Below, piece by piece: positions 9,647 to 18,026 of a DNA stretch of 32,000 nucleotides; the stretch's first letter is position 1, and the number at the start of each line of letters is the position of its first letter. The position numbers and the translations under genes were made by a program. Origin of the DNA: Enterobacteriaceae bacterium (GTDB lineage Bacteria > Pseudomonadota > Gammaproteobacteria > Enterobacterales > Enterobacteriaceae); assembly GCA_902363335.1 (NCBI GenBank), contig CABIZV010000004.1, positions 411,941 to 443,940 on the forward strand. Direction: 5' to 3'. The notes beneath the pieces are model-generated. The model saw nothing but the letters and a program-made list of their open reading frames with translations, did no database searches and was not told where the DNA came from.

Positions 9647-9710
9647 GAGTCTGACTTTGACTGTTAATTGTTTGTATTTAATGGTTTTTTTATTGATTTG
9701 AAATTTTAGA

Positions 9711-9732
9711 TATACCTAAGCGTATACCAATT
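9711..9732 (+). repeat. Integrase arm-type site candidate (attL side)
   Basis: tatacctaagcgtataccaatt matches 21245-21266 (tatacctaaacgtataccaatt) at 21 of 22 bases. Confidence 0.6.
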
Positions 9733-9848
9733 CTGCTTTGTAGGCACAAAAATACAGTCATGCTGGTATGACAATTCCAACCCCATCACGACTTGTATCC
9801 ATCTGGTCACACATGACAAAAGCAGGCAATCAACACTAAGAATTTACT

Positions 9849-10508
9849 TTACGACTCTTCGCTATTGGGGTTCTTAACTTTTTCCCATTCAATGCCCAAC
9901 CCTTTAAATTTTTGTGCAAATGGGATTACTATGAGCGCAACACAAGCCCCTAATAGAGCCATTCTCTCAGTGGTTAAAAAATTAAATCTTATATCTGCAA
10001 TTACTATAAGTAATAAGGCTACAGCAAGAGACCAAGTAACTCGTTGAAAAATATCCATCGTTTCAGATTTTTTCTGACGAATATCATTTTTCCTAACTGC
10101 TGACTGCTCCGCGGTAAGGGCTCGGAAAGTTGGGAAAAGACTGAAATCAGATTTAACTAAAGCACCTGAATCACTGACTGAATATAGTGAAAATGGCAAT
10201 GGGTTATTAGGCTGGGAGGATACAGTCACCAAGAAAAGTGGGATTTTTTCATTTCCAATTGCTTGTTTGTATTTTTTTAATTGATTTAGGTTTTTTTCGC
10301 TATGTGCAAATCTGTCTGACTTTATTTCAATAATGGCAAGATATTCTTTCTTTTCTGGATCTATAATTGCAAAGTCTGGTCTGTGTGTGTTTTTACCATC
10401 GTTGGAGAAAAATGCAGGTTCGTATAATATAGAATCTTTGGTATATCCTAGTGATAATAAGTATTCAGAGAATTTATTTTCCGCCTCTGAATGGTAATTG
10501 TTGTCCAT
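9849..10508 (-). CDS. PD-(D/E)XK nuclease-like protein with two C-terminal transmembrane segments
   Basis: 219 aa; N-terminal E-x(n)-RPDFAIIDPEKKEYLAIIEIKSD matches the PD..ExK signature; hydrophobic segments WSLAVALLLIVIADI and MALLGACVALIVIPFA. Confidence 0.65.
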   Translation of the reverse strand: MDNNYHSEAENKFSEYLLSLGYTKDSILYEPAFFSNDGKNTHRPDFAIIDPEKKEYLAIIEIKSDRFAHSEKNLNQLKKYKQAIGNEKIPLFLVTVSSQPNNPLPFSLYSVSDSGALVKSDFSLFPTFRALTAEQSAVRKNDIRQKKSETMDIFQRVTWSLAVALLLIVIADIRFNFLTTERMALLGACVALIVIPFAQKFKGLGIEWEKVKNPNSEES

Positions 10509-10701
10509 TACAGTCCCTCTCTGCTGTGTGAAAACTAGTAAGCTAAACTAGTAAGGTAACTAAGATAAGCAAGAGATTCAATTGATTAACGGGGAATAGG
10601 TCAAGTCAAGGTCAAACTCGGCGATCATGATGGTTATCTTGTTGAATCACAGCCAGACATGATGAATTTCTAGGTTGGAGAAAAAACTTTTTTTCAGGAA
10701 A

Positions 10702-10795
10702 ACTGTTCACACTGTTCACTCACCATTATTTTTATTATTTTTCAACATGATACACGGTGAATAGTCCGTGAACAGTGAACACTTTACTGTTCACG
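10702..10795. repeat. P4-type iteron cluster downstream of alpha (crr/ori candidate)
   Basis: aactgttcac, actgttcact, ggtgaatagt, gtgaacagt, gtgaacact, actgttcacg; matches the P4 alpha-binding type I repeat GGTGAACAGT in both orientations. Confidence 0.75.
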
Positions 10796-10844
10796 CTCAG
10801 GGATTTCAGGCAAAAAAAGACCGGCTAATGCCGGTCAGGATAGG

Positions 10845-13184
10845 TTATGGCGCTGTGGTTTCATCACATCGGGGCAGCCAGTCGGCGTTGCTTTCATCCC
10901 TGAGCGTGAGATTCGTCTGCATTCCCTGATTCGTTCGCCGCTTGCCATAATTCAGACCGTACTCTTTCAGCATCGATGACAGTCCTTTGCCGAACATGGT
11001 GAGGCTCAGCGTATTCTTGTAGCCGTGCGCCTCCATATAGACCAGATAGGCGTGGTACAGGTACAGGCGTGGCTGTCGCGGGATTATATTCGCGTTTCCC
11101 ATATACATACCGTCAGGCTCGGGCAGCGCCTCCAGATAGCCACAAAAATCGAATGTCGGGTCAGCATCACGCTTGATACTGAGCGCCTCGTCAGAGTTCT
11201 GCTGGGACTGGAGCAACGCGCGCGCCGTCATCGGGTCGCTGAATTTCTGCATAAGCTGGCGCACAATGACCGCCAGCTCACGGGCAATTTTATCTTTCAG
11301 CTTCGGATCACGTTCTTCCGGGGCTATCTGTTCCGGGAAGTGCATAATCACCCGGCGACGTGACACGCCGCCGCTGCGGTCAGTGAAGCGCATCGGGTTA
11401 TTGTTCACGGCCAGAATAACCGCCGGGATATGCGTTGAATACGCATCGCGGTATTTCGGGTCAACGGATACGGCATCGCCGCCGGTGATGGCCTTTAACC
11501 CCGCACCGTCGCCGCTCCATTTCTCCTGGTCAGGCAGACGTATCAGCGAGAAGCCAATCAGCGCCGCGCGTTCGCGGGGGGATTCCAGCGTTTCAATGGT
11601 CGCTGACGTGGCGTTATCCTCTCCGGCCAGCATGGTGGCAATTTCAGCCAGAATACTTTTCCCGCTGCCGCCGGGGCCGGTCACTTCAAGGAAGAGCTGC
11701 CAGTCATAACGGTTAGCCAGCACCATAAACAGCGCTGCGAGAATCACATCACGTTTATCCGCGCGTGAACCGGCGGCGCGGTTGAGCCAGCGCCAGAAGT
11801 TCGGCGCGTGGGTTTCCAGTGCTTCTCCCTCGACCGGCGGGGTAAAATCCACATCACACAGTGTACGCAGCCAGTGCGCTTTACTGTGAGGACTGAATAC
11901 GCCGGTGCTGGTATCGAGTACACCGTTTCGGAAACCTATCAGGCGGCGCGCCGGGGCGTCCTGCTGGGGAATAATCAGTTTCAGGGTATCCACCACCGAG
12001 GCAATTTTCCCCGACGAGAACGGCGCCCGCAGACGCTGGAACAGCCCGGCCACATCACGCGCAAAATCCGACGGCGGGATGATTTTCCATATCCCGGCTT
12101 CATAGCGTGACAGGAGCTGGCCGTTCGCATCCACCGCCAGCGCCTCGCCGTAATGCTCATGTACCCGCATCGCCTTTTCACTGGTGCTCATGGCGGTGAA
12201 TTCGGCCTCGCTCATGGTACTGAACGGGCTCTCTCCCGGTGGCCGGATAGCGTCATAAATCGCTTTACGCGTGGCCTCTTCACCTTTTTGCATAAACGCA
12301 TCATTCCAGTCACCGAACACCGGCGGCAGGGCGACAATGCCCTCACTGGCTTCTGCGGCCGCTGCGGCTTTTGTCTGACCGTCGCCGCTGAGGTCGCGGT
12401 CGGCAGCGAGCACAATCTGACACGCCGGGTGCTTTTGCCGGGCAAGGCTCGCCAGAGAAAGAAGGTTCACGGACGACAGCGCCACCATGACCGTTTCACC
12501 CGTCAGGTGATGCACGGTGAGTGCGGTCGCATAGCCCTCTGCTATCCACAGGCGTTTTCCGGCCTGTTTTTTCCCTTCGATGATATGACATGCTCCTTTC
12601 ACCTGACCGCCCTTCAGAGTGCGCTTGAGACCGTCAGCATTGATAAACTGAAGATTAACCAGCGCACCGGTATCGTCATAAAGCGGGACAACCACATCAC
12701 CGGCGCGGTAGGTCACGCTGCCGGTTTTATGTGTGGCCGTCAATGTCAGGCATTCCAACGCGGGAAAACCCTTGCGGGTCAGGTAGGCGTTGCCGGTCGT
12801 TGGTCGACTTTTCTCCATTAGTTTTGCGGCCAGCGCGGCCGCCGCTTTGCGGTCGGCTTCCGTTCCGGCCTCGGTGGCCGCAATCACCTCCGGGGCAACC
12901 GGCGACAGATTGCCGGTGACGGTGTTCACCTTTCCGGCAGCCTCTGAGGCCGACACGCCGAACACCTTTTCAACCAGTTTCAGCCCATCACCCGCGCCGC
13001 ACTGGTTACAGAACCACGTCCCGCGCCCCTCCTTGTCATCAAAGCGGAAACGGTCAGAGCCGCCGCATACCGGACAGGCCTGATGGCGGTTTTTAATGAC
13101 CTTCACACCCAGCGCCGGGAGAATGCGCGGCCAGTGGCCGCATGCCTGTTTTACGGTTTCCGTTACGTTCATATTCATGATCAT
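10845..13184 (-). CDS. alpha: P4 alpha-like DNA primase/helicase
   Basis: 779 aa; N-terminal zinc finger CPVCGGSDRFRFDDKEGRGTWFCNQCGAG, toprim-like DRDLSGDG, Walker A GPGGSGKSILAE. Confidence 0.93.
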   Translation of the reverse strand: MIMNMNVTETVKQACGHWPRILPALGVKVIKNRHQACPVCGGSDRFRFDDKEGRGTWFCNQCGAGDGLKLVEKVFGVSASEAAGKVNTVTGNLSPVAPEVIAATEAGTEADRKAAAALAAKLMEKSRPTTGNAYLTRKGFPALECLTLTATHKTGSVTYRAGDVVVPLYDDTGALVNLQFINADGLKRTLKGGQVKGACHIIEGKKQAGKRLWIAEGYATALTVHHLTGETVMVALSSVNLLSLASLARQKHPACQIVLAADRDLSGDGQTKAAAAAEASEGIVALPPVFGDWNDAFMQKGEEATRKAIYDAIRPPGESPFSTMSEAEFTAMSTSEKAMRVHEHYGEALAVDANGQLLSRYEAGIWKIIPPSDFARDVAGLFQRLRAPFSSGKIASVVDTLKLIIPQQDAPARRLIGFRNGVLDTSTGVFSPHSKAHWLRTLCDVDFTPPVEGEALETHAPNFWRWLNRAAGSRADKRDVILAALFMVLANRYDWQLFLEVTGPGGSGKSILAEIATMLAGEDNATSATIETLESPRERAALIGFSLIRLPDQEKWSGDGAGLKAITGGDAVSVDPKYRDAYSTHIPAVILAVNNNPMRFTDRSGGVSRRRVIMHFPEQIAPEERDPKLKDKIARELAVIVRQLMQKFSDPMTARALLQSQQNSDEALSIKRDADPTFDFCGYLEALPEPDGMYMGNANIIPRQPRLYLYHAYLVYMEAHGYKNTLSLTMFGKGLSSMLKEYGLNYGKRRTNQGMQTNLTLRDESNADWLPRCDETTAP

Positions 13185-13190
13185 TCTCCC

Positions 13191-13511
13191 TCAGTGTATT
13201 ACCGGTGATTTAATGTGACGGGCGCAAAGTTCATCCAGTACGACGAGGCCGAGAAAAGACAGTGATGGCGCGGCTTTCAGCGGGCTGGCTTCCATTAAAT
13301 CTTCCAGTAAGGCACAGGCAATCGTGCGGCCTTTATCCTCGCCATGCTGGCGCAGGTAAAAACCCTCCAGCTCGGCGGCAATAGCCCCCTCCAGCGCATC
13401 GAGAGTGAGGTGTGGGTAACGGTGCTGACGTTCACATAAAGCCAGCCATGCACAGGCCACGGCACGACGATAAAGCGCAGCGCGTAAGACGAGCGGTAAT
13501 GGCTGTTTCAT
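13191..13511 (-). CDS. cnr: P4 Cnr-like copy number regulation protein (DUF5375 type)
   Basis: 106 aa directly upstream of alpha; [51 protein letters not shown]. Confidence 0.6.
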   Translation of the reverse strand: MKQPLPLVLRAALYRRAVACAWLALCERQHRYPHLTLDALEGAIAAELEGFYLRQHGEDKGRTIACALLEDLMEASPLKAAPSLSFLGLVVLDELCARHIKSPVIH

Positions 13512-13771
13512 ACGTTGCCCTCCCCGTTCAGCCAGCGTTGATTACAGCGTTCGACCACGCCGTCGAGCTGGGCGGTCATAAGATAAATCACGGAGGTAAG
13601 CTGTAACTGTTGCGCCGGATCACGACGCAATGATGTGCAGTCCTGCACCTGTACCAGCTCGCCGACAAACTGGCCGACGTTACGCAAATGTTCAAGGCAT
13701 TCGAGGTCAGCCTGACTGATGGCCGACATCCATTTATTCTGTGGTTGTTCAGTGATATTTAAATGCATGAT
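13508..13771 (-). CDS. Small conserved P4-satellite protein of unknown function
   Basis: Within ORF 13508..13813; likely start at [13 protein letters not shown]; overlaps the downstream cnr-like gene by 4 bp. Confidence 0.6.
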   Translation of the reverse strand: MMHLNITEQPQNKWMSAISQADLECLEHLRNVGQFVGELVQVQDCTSLRRDPAQQLQLTSVIYLMTAQLDGVVERCNQRWLNGEGNV

Positions 13772-13839
13772 TTCGTCTCCTGAAGACGTGCGTATCCCTG
13801 TGCAGATACGCACATTTAATTTTCGTTATCGTTTTTTAA

Positions 13840-14289
13840 TTACAGATAATGGCGATAACTGTTATCCGGTTTTATTTCCGGTTCAGTCCGGAGAATATCC
13901 CACCATTTCCGCATTACCGGTGCTGACTGTCTGACGGGGATAATATCCTGCGGATAATGATTAATATTTTTATCCCGTCGTTTCTGTAATTCAGGGTCGG
14001 CAGCAATATCTTTCAGAACGATGTGACGATGTTCAGGGTTGCGCTTAAATATATCCGGGCTTTCGCAGGAAAAATCCCGTAAAAACCGGGCAAGCGGTAT
14101 TTCGACAATCCGGCTATCGGAAATAATACGAATGAGGATAGTGAATGTCCGGCGATATGGGTTCCAGACCAGCGTCGGACAGAGGTACGGCATTTCCCAC
14201 GGAATACCGTCGGCCAGAATGCCCACCACGCGCACATCAGGGAAACCGGCTGAGCAGAACAGTTCGCCCGGTTGAGGGAAATCAAACAT
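13840..14289 (-). CDS. Conserved P4-satellite hypothetical protein
   Basis: Within ORF 13840..14319; likely start at [17 protein letters not shown]; P4 early operon position. Confidence 0.6.
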   Translation of the reverse strand: MFDFPQPGELFCSAGFPDVRVVGILADGIPWEMPYLCPTLVWNPYRRTFTILIRIISDSRIVEIPLARFLRDFSCESPDIFKRNPEHRHIVLKDIAADPELQKRRDKNINHYPQDIIPVRQSAPVMRKWWDILRTEPEIKPDNSYRHYL

Positions 14290-14569
14290 GCCCCACCTCC
14301 TGCGTAGCGAGAAAATCACGGCACAGGCCTTTCGCTTTCAGTTCCTCCAGTACGTGGCTGATATCTTCATGCACATAACTCAGGATCTGCGGGGTATAAA
14401 GCTGGCTGAGTCCGTTTATTTCGTGGTGTCTTAAGTCATTGCCAAAAAAATGCAGGGTCTCACAGGCACGATTGAGTTTATGAAACGATTCGAGACTCAG
14501 GTGCTCACTGACAGCGTTAAGGTCATCACGGCGCGCTGAGACGGTCTGAACGGCATGTTGATTATGCAT
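14282..14569 (-). CDS. Conserved P4-satellite hypothetical protein
   Basis: Within ORF 14282..14653; likely start [61 protein letters not shown]; overlaps the downstream gene. Confidence 0.6.
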   Translation of the reverse strand: MHNQHAVQTVSARRDDLNAVSEHLSLESFHKLNRACETLHFFGNDLRHHEINGLSQLYTPQILSYVHEDISHVLEELKAKGLCRDFLATQEVGHV

Positions 14570-15161
14570 GGCATACCTCCACAACCGGCAGACGGGCGGC
14601 AAAGGAAAGGACGTATTCACGAACCAGAGAACGGCGGGCGGTGTGTTCATCACCGGCTACGGTGCGCAGCATGCAGATACGGGGCTTACGGTCAGCACGG
14701 CGAATAGCGGCAAACACAAAGACAAATTCAGGGTGAGACGGGGTGAGGATCGTAGCCATAAGGCAACCTCCGATGGATAGCTGATAAATGCTATCGCCGG
14801 AGTTCTCACGCTCAGTGGCGATAGCCCAGACGGGGGTGAGAATACCGGCTCCATCGAGTACCGGCCAGCCCGAGGGCTGCCCCGCCTGAGCTACCATTGA
14901 CATGGCTGTGTGATATGCGATTACGGACAGGAGACACTGGGTCATACCTGCACGACTATCTGCACACCACACCATTATCTGGCGCGCTGTGGCGTTGATT
15001 GCGACACAAAAAAAGACGCATGGCGCGTCTGGTATCGCCGATGGATTGCTCGGGTTCTCACGCCCGGCTGCCGATTTTGCGGCAACGACAAAACTGTACC
15101 AGGAAACATACAACAGATGCAAGCCAGAAAAAGGGGCTGTTTGATAGCGGCTCATATTCAT
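14562..15161 (-). CDS. Ash family protein (P4 ash)
   Basis: C-terminal [45 protein letters not shown]...[58 protein letters not shown] is the hallmark Ash sequence. The true start may be internal. Confidence 0.8.
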   Translation of the reverse strand: MNMSRYQTAPFSGLHLLYVSWYSFVVAAKSAAGRENPSNPSAIPDAPCVFFCVAINATARQIMVWCADSRAGMTQCLLSVIAYHTAMSMVAQAGQPSGWPVLDGAGILTPVWAIATERENSGDSIYQLSIGGCLMATILTPSHPEFVFVFAAIRRADRKPRICMLRTVAGDEHTARRSLVREYVLSFAARLPVVEVCHA

Positions 15162-15424
15162 GCATCACACTTCCTGTTGCGATGAGCAACACGTTCCATC
15201 ATCCATGCCGTGATTTCAGACTGGAGCCAGGCAACATTTTTACCACCCAGTGAGACCTGAACAGGAAAAGCATCACGGGCGATTAAATCGTAGAGCGTGG
15301 AGCGGGACAGACCGCACTGATGAATGACTTCGGGAAGGCGTAAAAAACGTTCCTGAACCGGCGCTGAAACCGCCATCAGGTGTGTACCAGTGGGGGAAGA
15401 TGGTGCTGATGAAACCGTGTGCAT
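15158..15424 (-). CDS. AlpA/Vis family excisionase-like transcriptional regulator
   Basis: 88 aa with [51 protein letters not shown], an AlpA (MerR-like) HTH. Confidence 0.9.
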   Translation of the reverse strand: MHTVSSAPSSPTGTHLMAVSAPVQERFLRLPEVIHQCGLSRSTLYDLIARDAFPVQVSLGGKNVAWLQSEITAWMMERVAHRNRKCDA

Positions 15425-15702
15425 AACGCTACCTCATTAATATCCGCAGAGATCCGAACGTATCCGTCCGGCATCAGGTAGCTCTCTATTTTGTGAATAT
15501 TTTTACTTAATGCAACAGGGCCAAATTGTACAAAGCACAAGACAACGGGTGACGTTTTTTTACACAAGACCATTTAAAGGCGCAGGAAGGAGTTAGAAGC
15601 CACTGGAGATTTTAAAAGTGAAATGCAAATTGCTTTAATCTCTATAACAGAATTAATTAATAGGATAGAGCGCATAAAATTTACATTTATGACGTTCAGA
15701 CC

Positions 15703-15807
15703 GGTGAACAGTAGTGAACAGTTGGTGAACACTTCCCTTTCAACTGTTCACCCTTTAATTTGCTGTATTACTTATCTTTTTTCTTTTGGTGAACAGTAGT
15801 GAATAGT
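15703..15807. repeat. P4-type iteron cluster between vis and sid (ori candidate)
   Basis: ggtgaacagt, agtgaacagt, ggtgaacact, aactgttcacc, ggtgaacagt, agtgaatagt; the same unit as 10702-10795. Confidence 0.8.
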
Positions 15808-15974
15808 TATTAGTAAAAAAACAAACAGAGAGAGGGTTTTCCAGCGACCTTTCTCTGGCAAGCCGGGTTTTTAAGTCCTGTTTGTGCCAGGACTGCTACA
15901 ACCGCAATGAATCGAGTTGTTGTCTGAGGGGCGGCAGAATGGCGTCAGGTTGAAAACACACAGAGGGCCCGACG

Positions 15975-16778
15975 ATGAAAGCAGACGTACTTACTTCAGT
16001 AATGAAAACCATTGGCAGCACACAGAATGAGACAATCCGCACGGCCATTGATATCGCACTGGATACGCTTAACGAGAAAGCGAACCAGAGCGCAGAGGCC
16101 GCAATGAATAACGCTCTTGACGCGTTCAGTCAGGCCAAATCCGCACACACGGGAAATATGCTGAAACTGAATGATATTGAGGCCGCCATTACCCGCAGCG
16201 AGAAAGAACGCCAGAACGCGCTGAATGAGAGTGCCGAAGCGGAGCAGAACTGGCGAGCCCGCTTTCGCGAACTGCGCGGCATGATGACCCCGGAACTGAA
16301 AGCGGAACATGGTCAGCGAGTGGCCGGTCGTGAGCTGGCTGAGGAGTTCACCGCCCTGATTGATGAGCTCAATGATGATAAAGCACGTACCATGCTGGCC
16401 GCCTGTACGTCAGGAAAAGAATACGTCAGCGCTCATTCAGATGTGTTCTCTGCCTATGCCCGGAATGAGTGGGCGGTGGTAATGAAAGACATTCCCCCTG
16501 CACTGGTACGCGCATTTGCTTTACGTCTGCGTGAGCTTGAGATTAAGGGGGAAGAACACCCTCACACTATTCTGATTCAGGAGCTGGGCGAGAATGTACT
16601 GACACAGAGCCAGTATTACGCATTCAACATGGAAAATGAGCCGGTGATTTCACAGATTGGCCTTCATCGCCCGGCACTCACCGGCGTAGACATGAAGCTC
16701 TTTAAAAGTCCTGCCCTCAGAATGGCGCGAGCTAAAGCGCTGGCACAGAAGAAAAAAGCGCAGGAGGTGAAGTCATGA
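15975..16778 (+). CDS. Sid-like capsid size determination protein (P4 late operon)
   Basis: 267 aa coiled-coil-rich protein at the sid position, upstream of and overlapping the Ogr/Delta gene; pattern AEQNWRARFRELRGMMTPELKAEHGQRVAGRELAEEF similar to P4 Sid. Confidence 0.75.
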   Translation: MKADVLTSVMKTIGSTQNETIRTAIDIALDTLNEKANQSAEAAMNNALDAFSQAKSAHTGNMLKLNDIEAAITRSEKERQNALNESAEAEQNWRARFRELRGMMTPELKAEHGQRVAGRELAEEFTALIDELNDDKARTMLAACTSGKEYVSAHSDVFSAYARNEWAVVMKDIPPALVRAFALRLRELEIKGEEHPHTILIQELGENVLTQSQYYAFNMENEPVISQIGLHRPALTGVDMKLFKSPALRMARAKALAQKKKAQEVKS

Positions 16779-17017
16779 TGCGCTGTCCGTACTGCAAACA
16801 GGCTGCCCATGTTCGCACCAGTCGTTACCTGTCGGATAACGTCAAACAGAGTTATCTCCAGTGTGTGAATGTTTTCTGCTCCGCGACGTTTCGTACCATT
16901 GAGTCTATCGACGAGGTGATACGGCCACCGGCGGAGGAAAAGCCAGAACCGGCGCAGACCGCGCCAGTGACACCGCCACGAATTCTGGATAGCGCTCGCT
17001 CATCGTTGCGCCACTGA
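16775..17017 (+). CDS. Ogr/Delta-like zinc-finger late transcription activator
   Basis: MRCPYCKQAAHVRTSRYLSDNVKQSYLQCVNVFCSATFRTIESI; CX2C...CX4C zinc finger; one finger domain. Confidence 0.9.
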   Translation: MMRCPYCKQAAHVRTSRYLSDNVKQSYLQCVNVFCSATFRTIESIDEVIRPPAEEKPEPAQTAPVTPPRILDSARSSLRH

Positions 17018-17032
17018 TTCAGGAGAAAAGAA

Positions 17033-17608
17033 ATGATACGAGCACCACTGGAGCAGGCCTTTGAAACCTGTCAGAAGAATAAATCGGACTGGATGAGCAG
17101 CAAGTCAGCACTGGCACGGGCTGAAATGACGCTGAAAGAACATGAGCTCACCAGTACCCATTATGAGCCTGACGCTGTACAGGCGCTGCGTGATGATATT
17201 GACCTGAAAAAATGGGCAGTAAACCAGTCTGCCGGTCGGTATATCCGGTCACATGAGACTGTGCAGCGTATCAGTATGCGTCGTCAGCTCCACGTCTTTA
17301 TGCAGGTCAGTGGCGACGCGCTGGCCGCAGCGCTGGCACCGGAATTAATGCACCTCCGGGAGCTACCTGAAATCGTCAGGGAACGGGCTCTCGACCGGGC
17401 GGCCGCCAGCATTCGCGAAGCCCTATCGGTTCATCTGGCCAGCGGAAGAGATATTCATTATGTGCAGGATGACCGGGATATTCTGACCACTATCGGATTC
17501 CGGCCTGACAGAGCATCCAGAGAGGACAGCCGGGCAAAATATACGCCTGAGCAGTGTAAGATTTTCATGTGCCGACAGGCCACTCAGAAACGCAAAAAAT
17601 CCGCATAA
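17033..17608 (+). CDS. psu: Psu polarity suppression / capsid decoration protein
   Basis: 191 aa; KWAVNQSAGRYIRSHETVQRISMRRQLHVFMQ...ALAAALAPELMHL...DILTTIGFRPDRASREDSRAKYTPEQ closely resembles P4 Psu. Confidence 0.9.
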   Translation: MIRAPLEQAFETCQKNKSDWMSSKSALARAEMTLKEHELTSTHYEPDAVQALRDDIDLKKWAVNQSAGRYIRSHETVQRISMRRQLHVFMQVSGDALAAALAPELMHLRELPEIVRERALDRAAASIREALSVHLASGRDIHYVQDDRDILTTIGFRPDRASREDSRAKYTPEQCKIFMCRQATQKRKKSA

Positions 17609-17772
17609 AACGCCCCGAAAATACCCGTCTTTTTAAGAAAAATAGCGATGCATGCCTATGCTGCATGGTTTTGCATACAAAACCCTGAATTTTCCACACC
17701 CCGCCGCGCCAGCACTGGCGTGGCCTGAGCCCCTTCATCCACCTGCATTAAAAGTGCCCCACGAAGCGGGCA

Positions 17773-17800
17773 GGCGTGGCGGGGAGAGCATTGCGCGCCA
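17773..17800 (+). other. P2/P4-type cos site candidate
   Basis: ggcgtggcggggagagcattgcgcgcca resembles the P2/P4 cohesive-end sequence (GGCGAGGCGGGGAAAGCAC) with three mismatches; located after the late operon as in P4. Confidence 0.75.
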
Positions 17801-18026
17801 TGTTTAATGGCGGGATAAATATCTTGAGTCATCACGCGATAGTTATTTTCTGAGTTATTAGGTCATTTGTTGAACAAAGTTATTATTTAACTCTAAATAT
17901 TGGAGTAGGGATAAAAACATGGTAATCCTTAGGTAAATATAAGGTGGAAGTTATCTGTCCAGAATTTCACGGGTAAATTAATAAAGACAACAAATATGTT
18001 ATACTTGTTGTCTTTATTATCTCTAT

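Noticed and set aside
9519-9701. 60-aa ORF across the left repeat
   Set aside because: It spans the terminator hairpin and att core; chance reading of repeat DNA.
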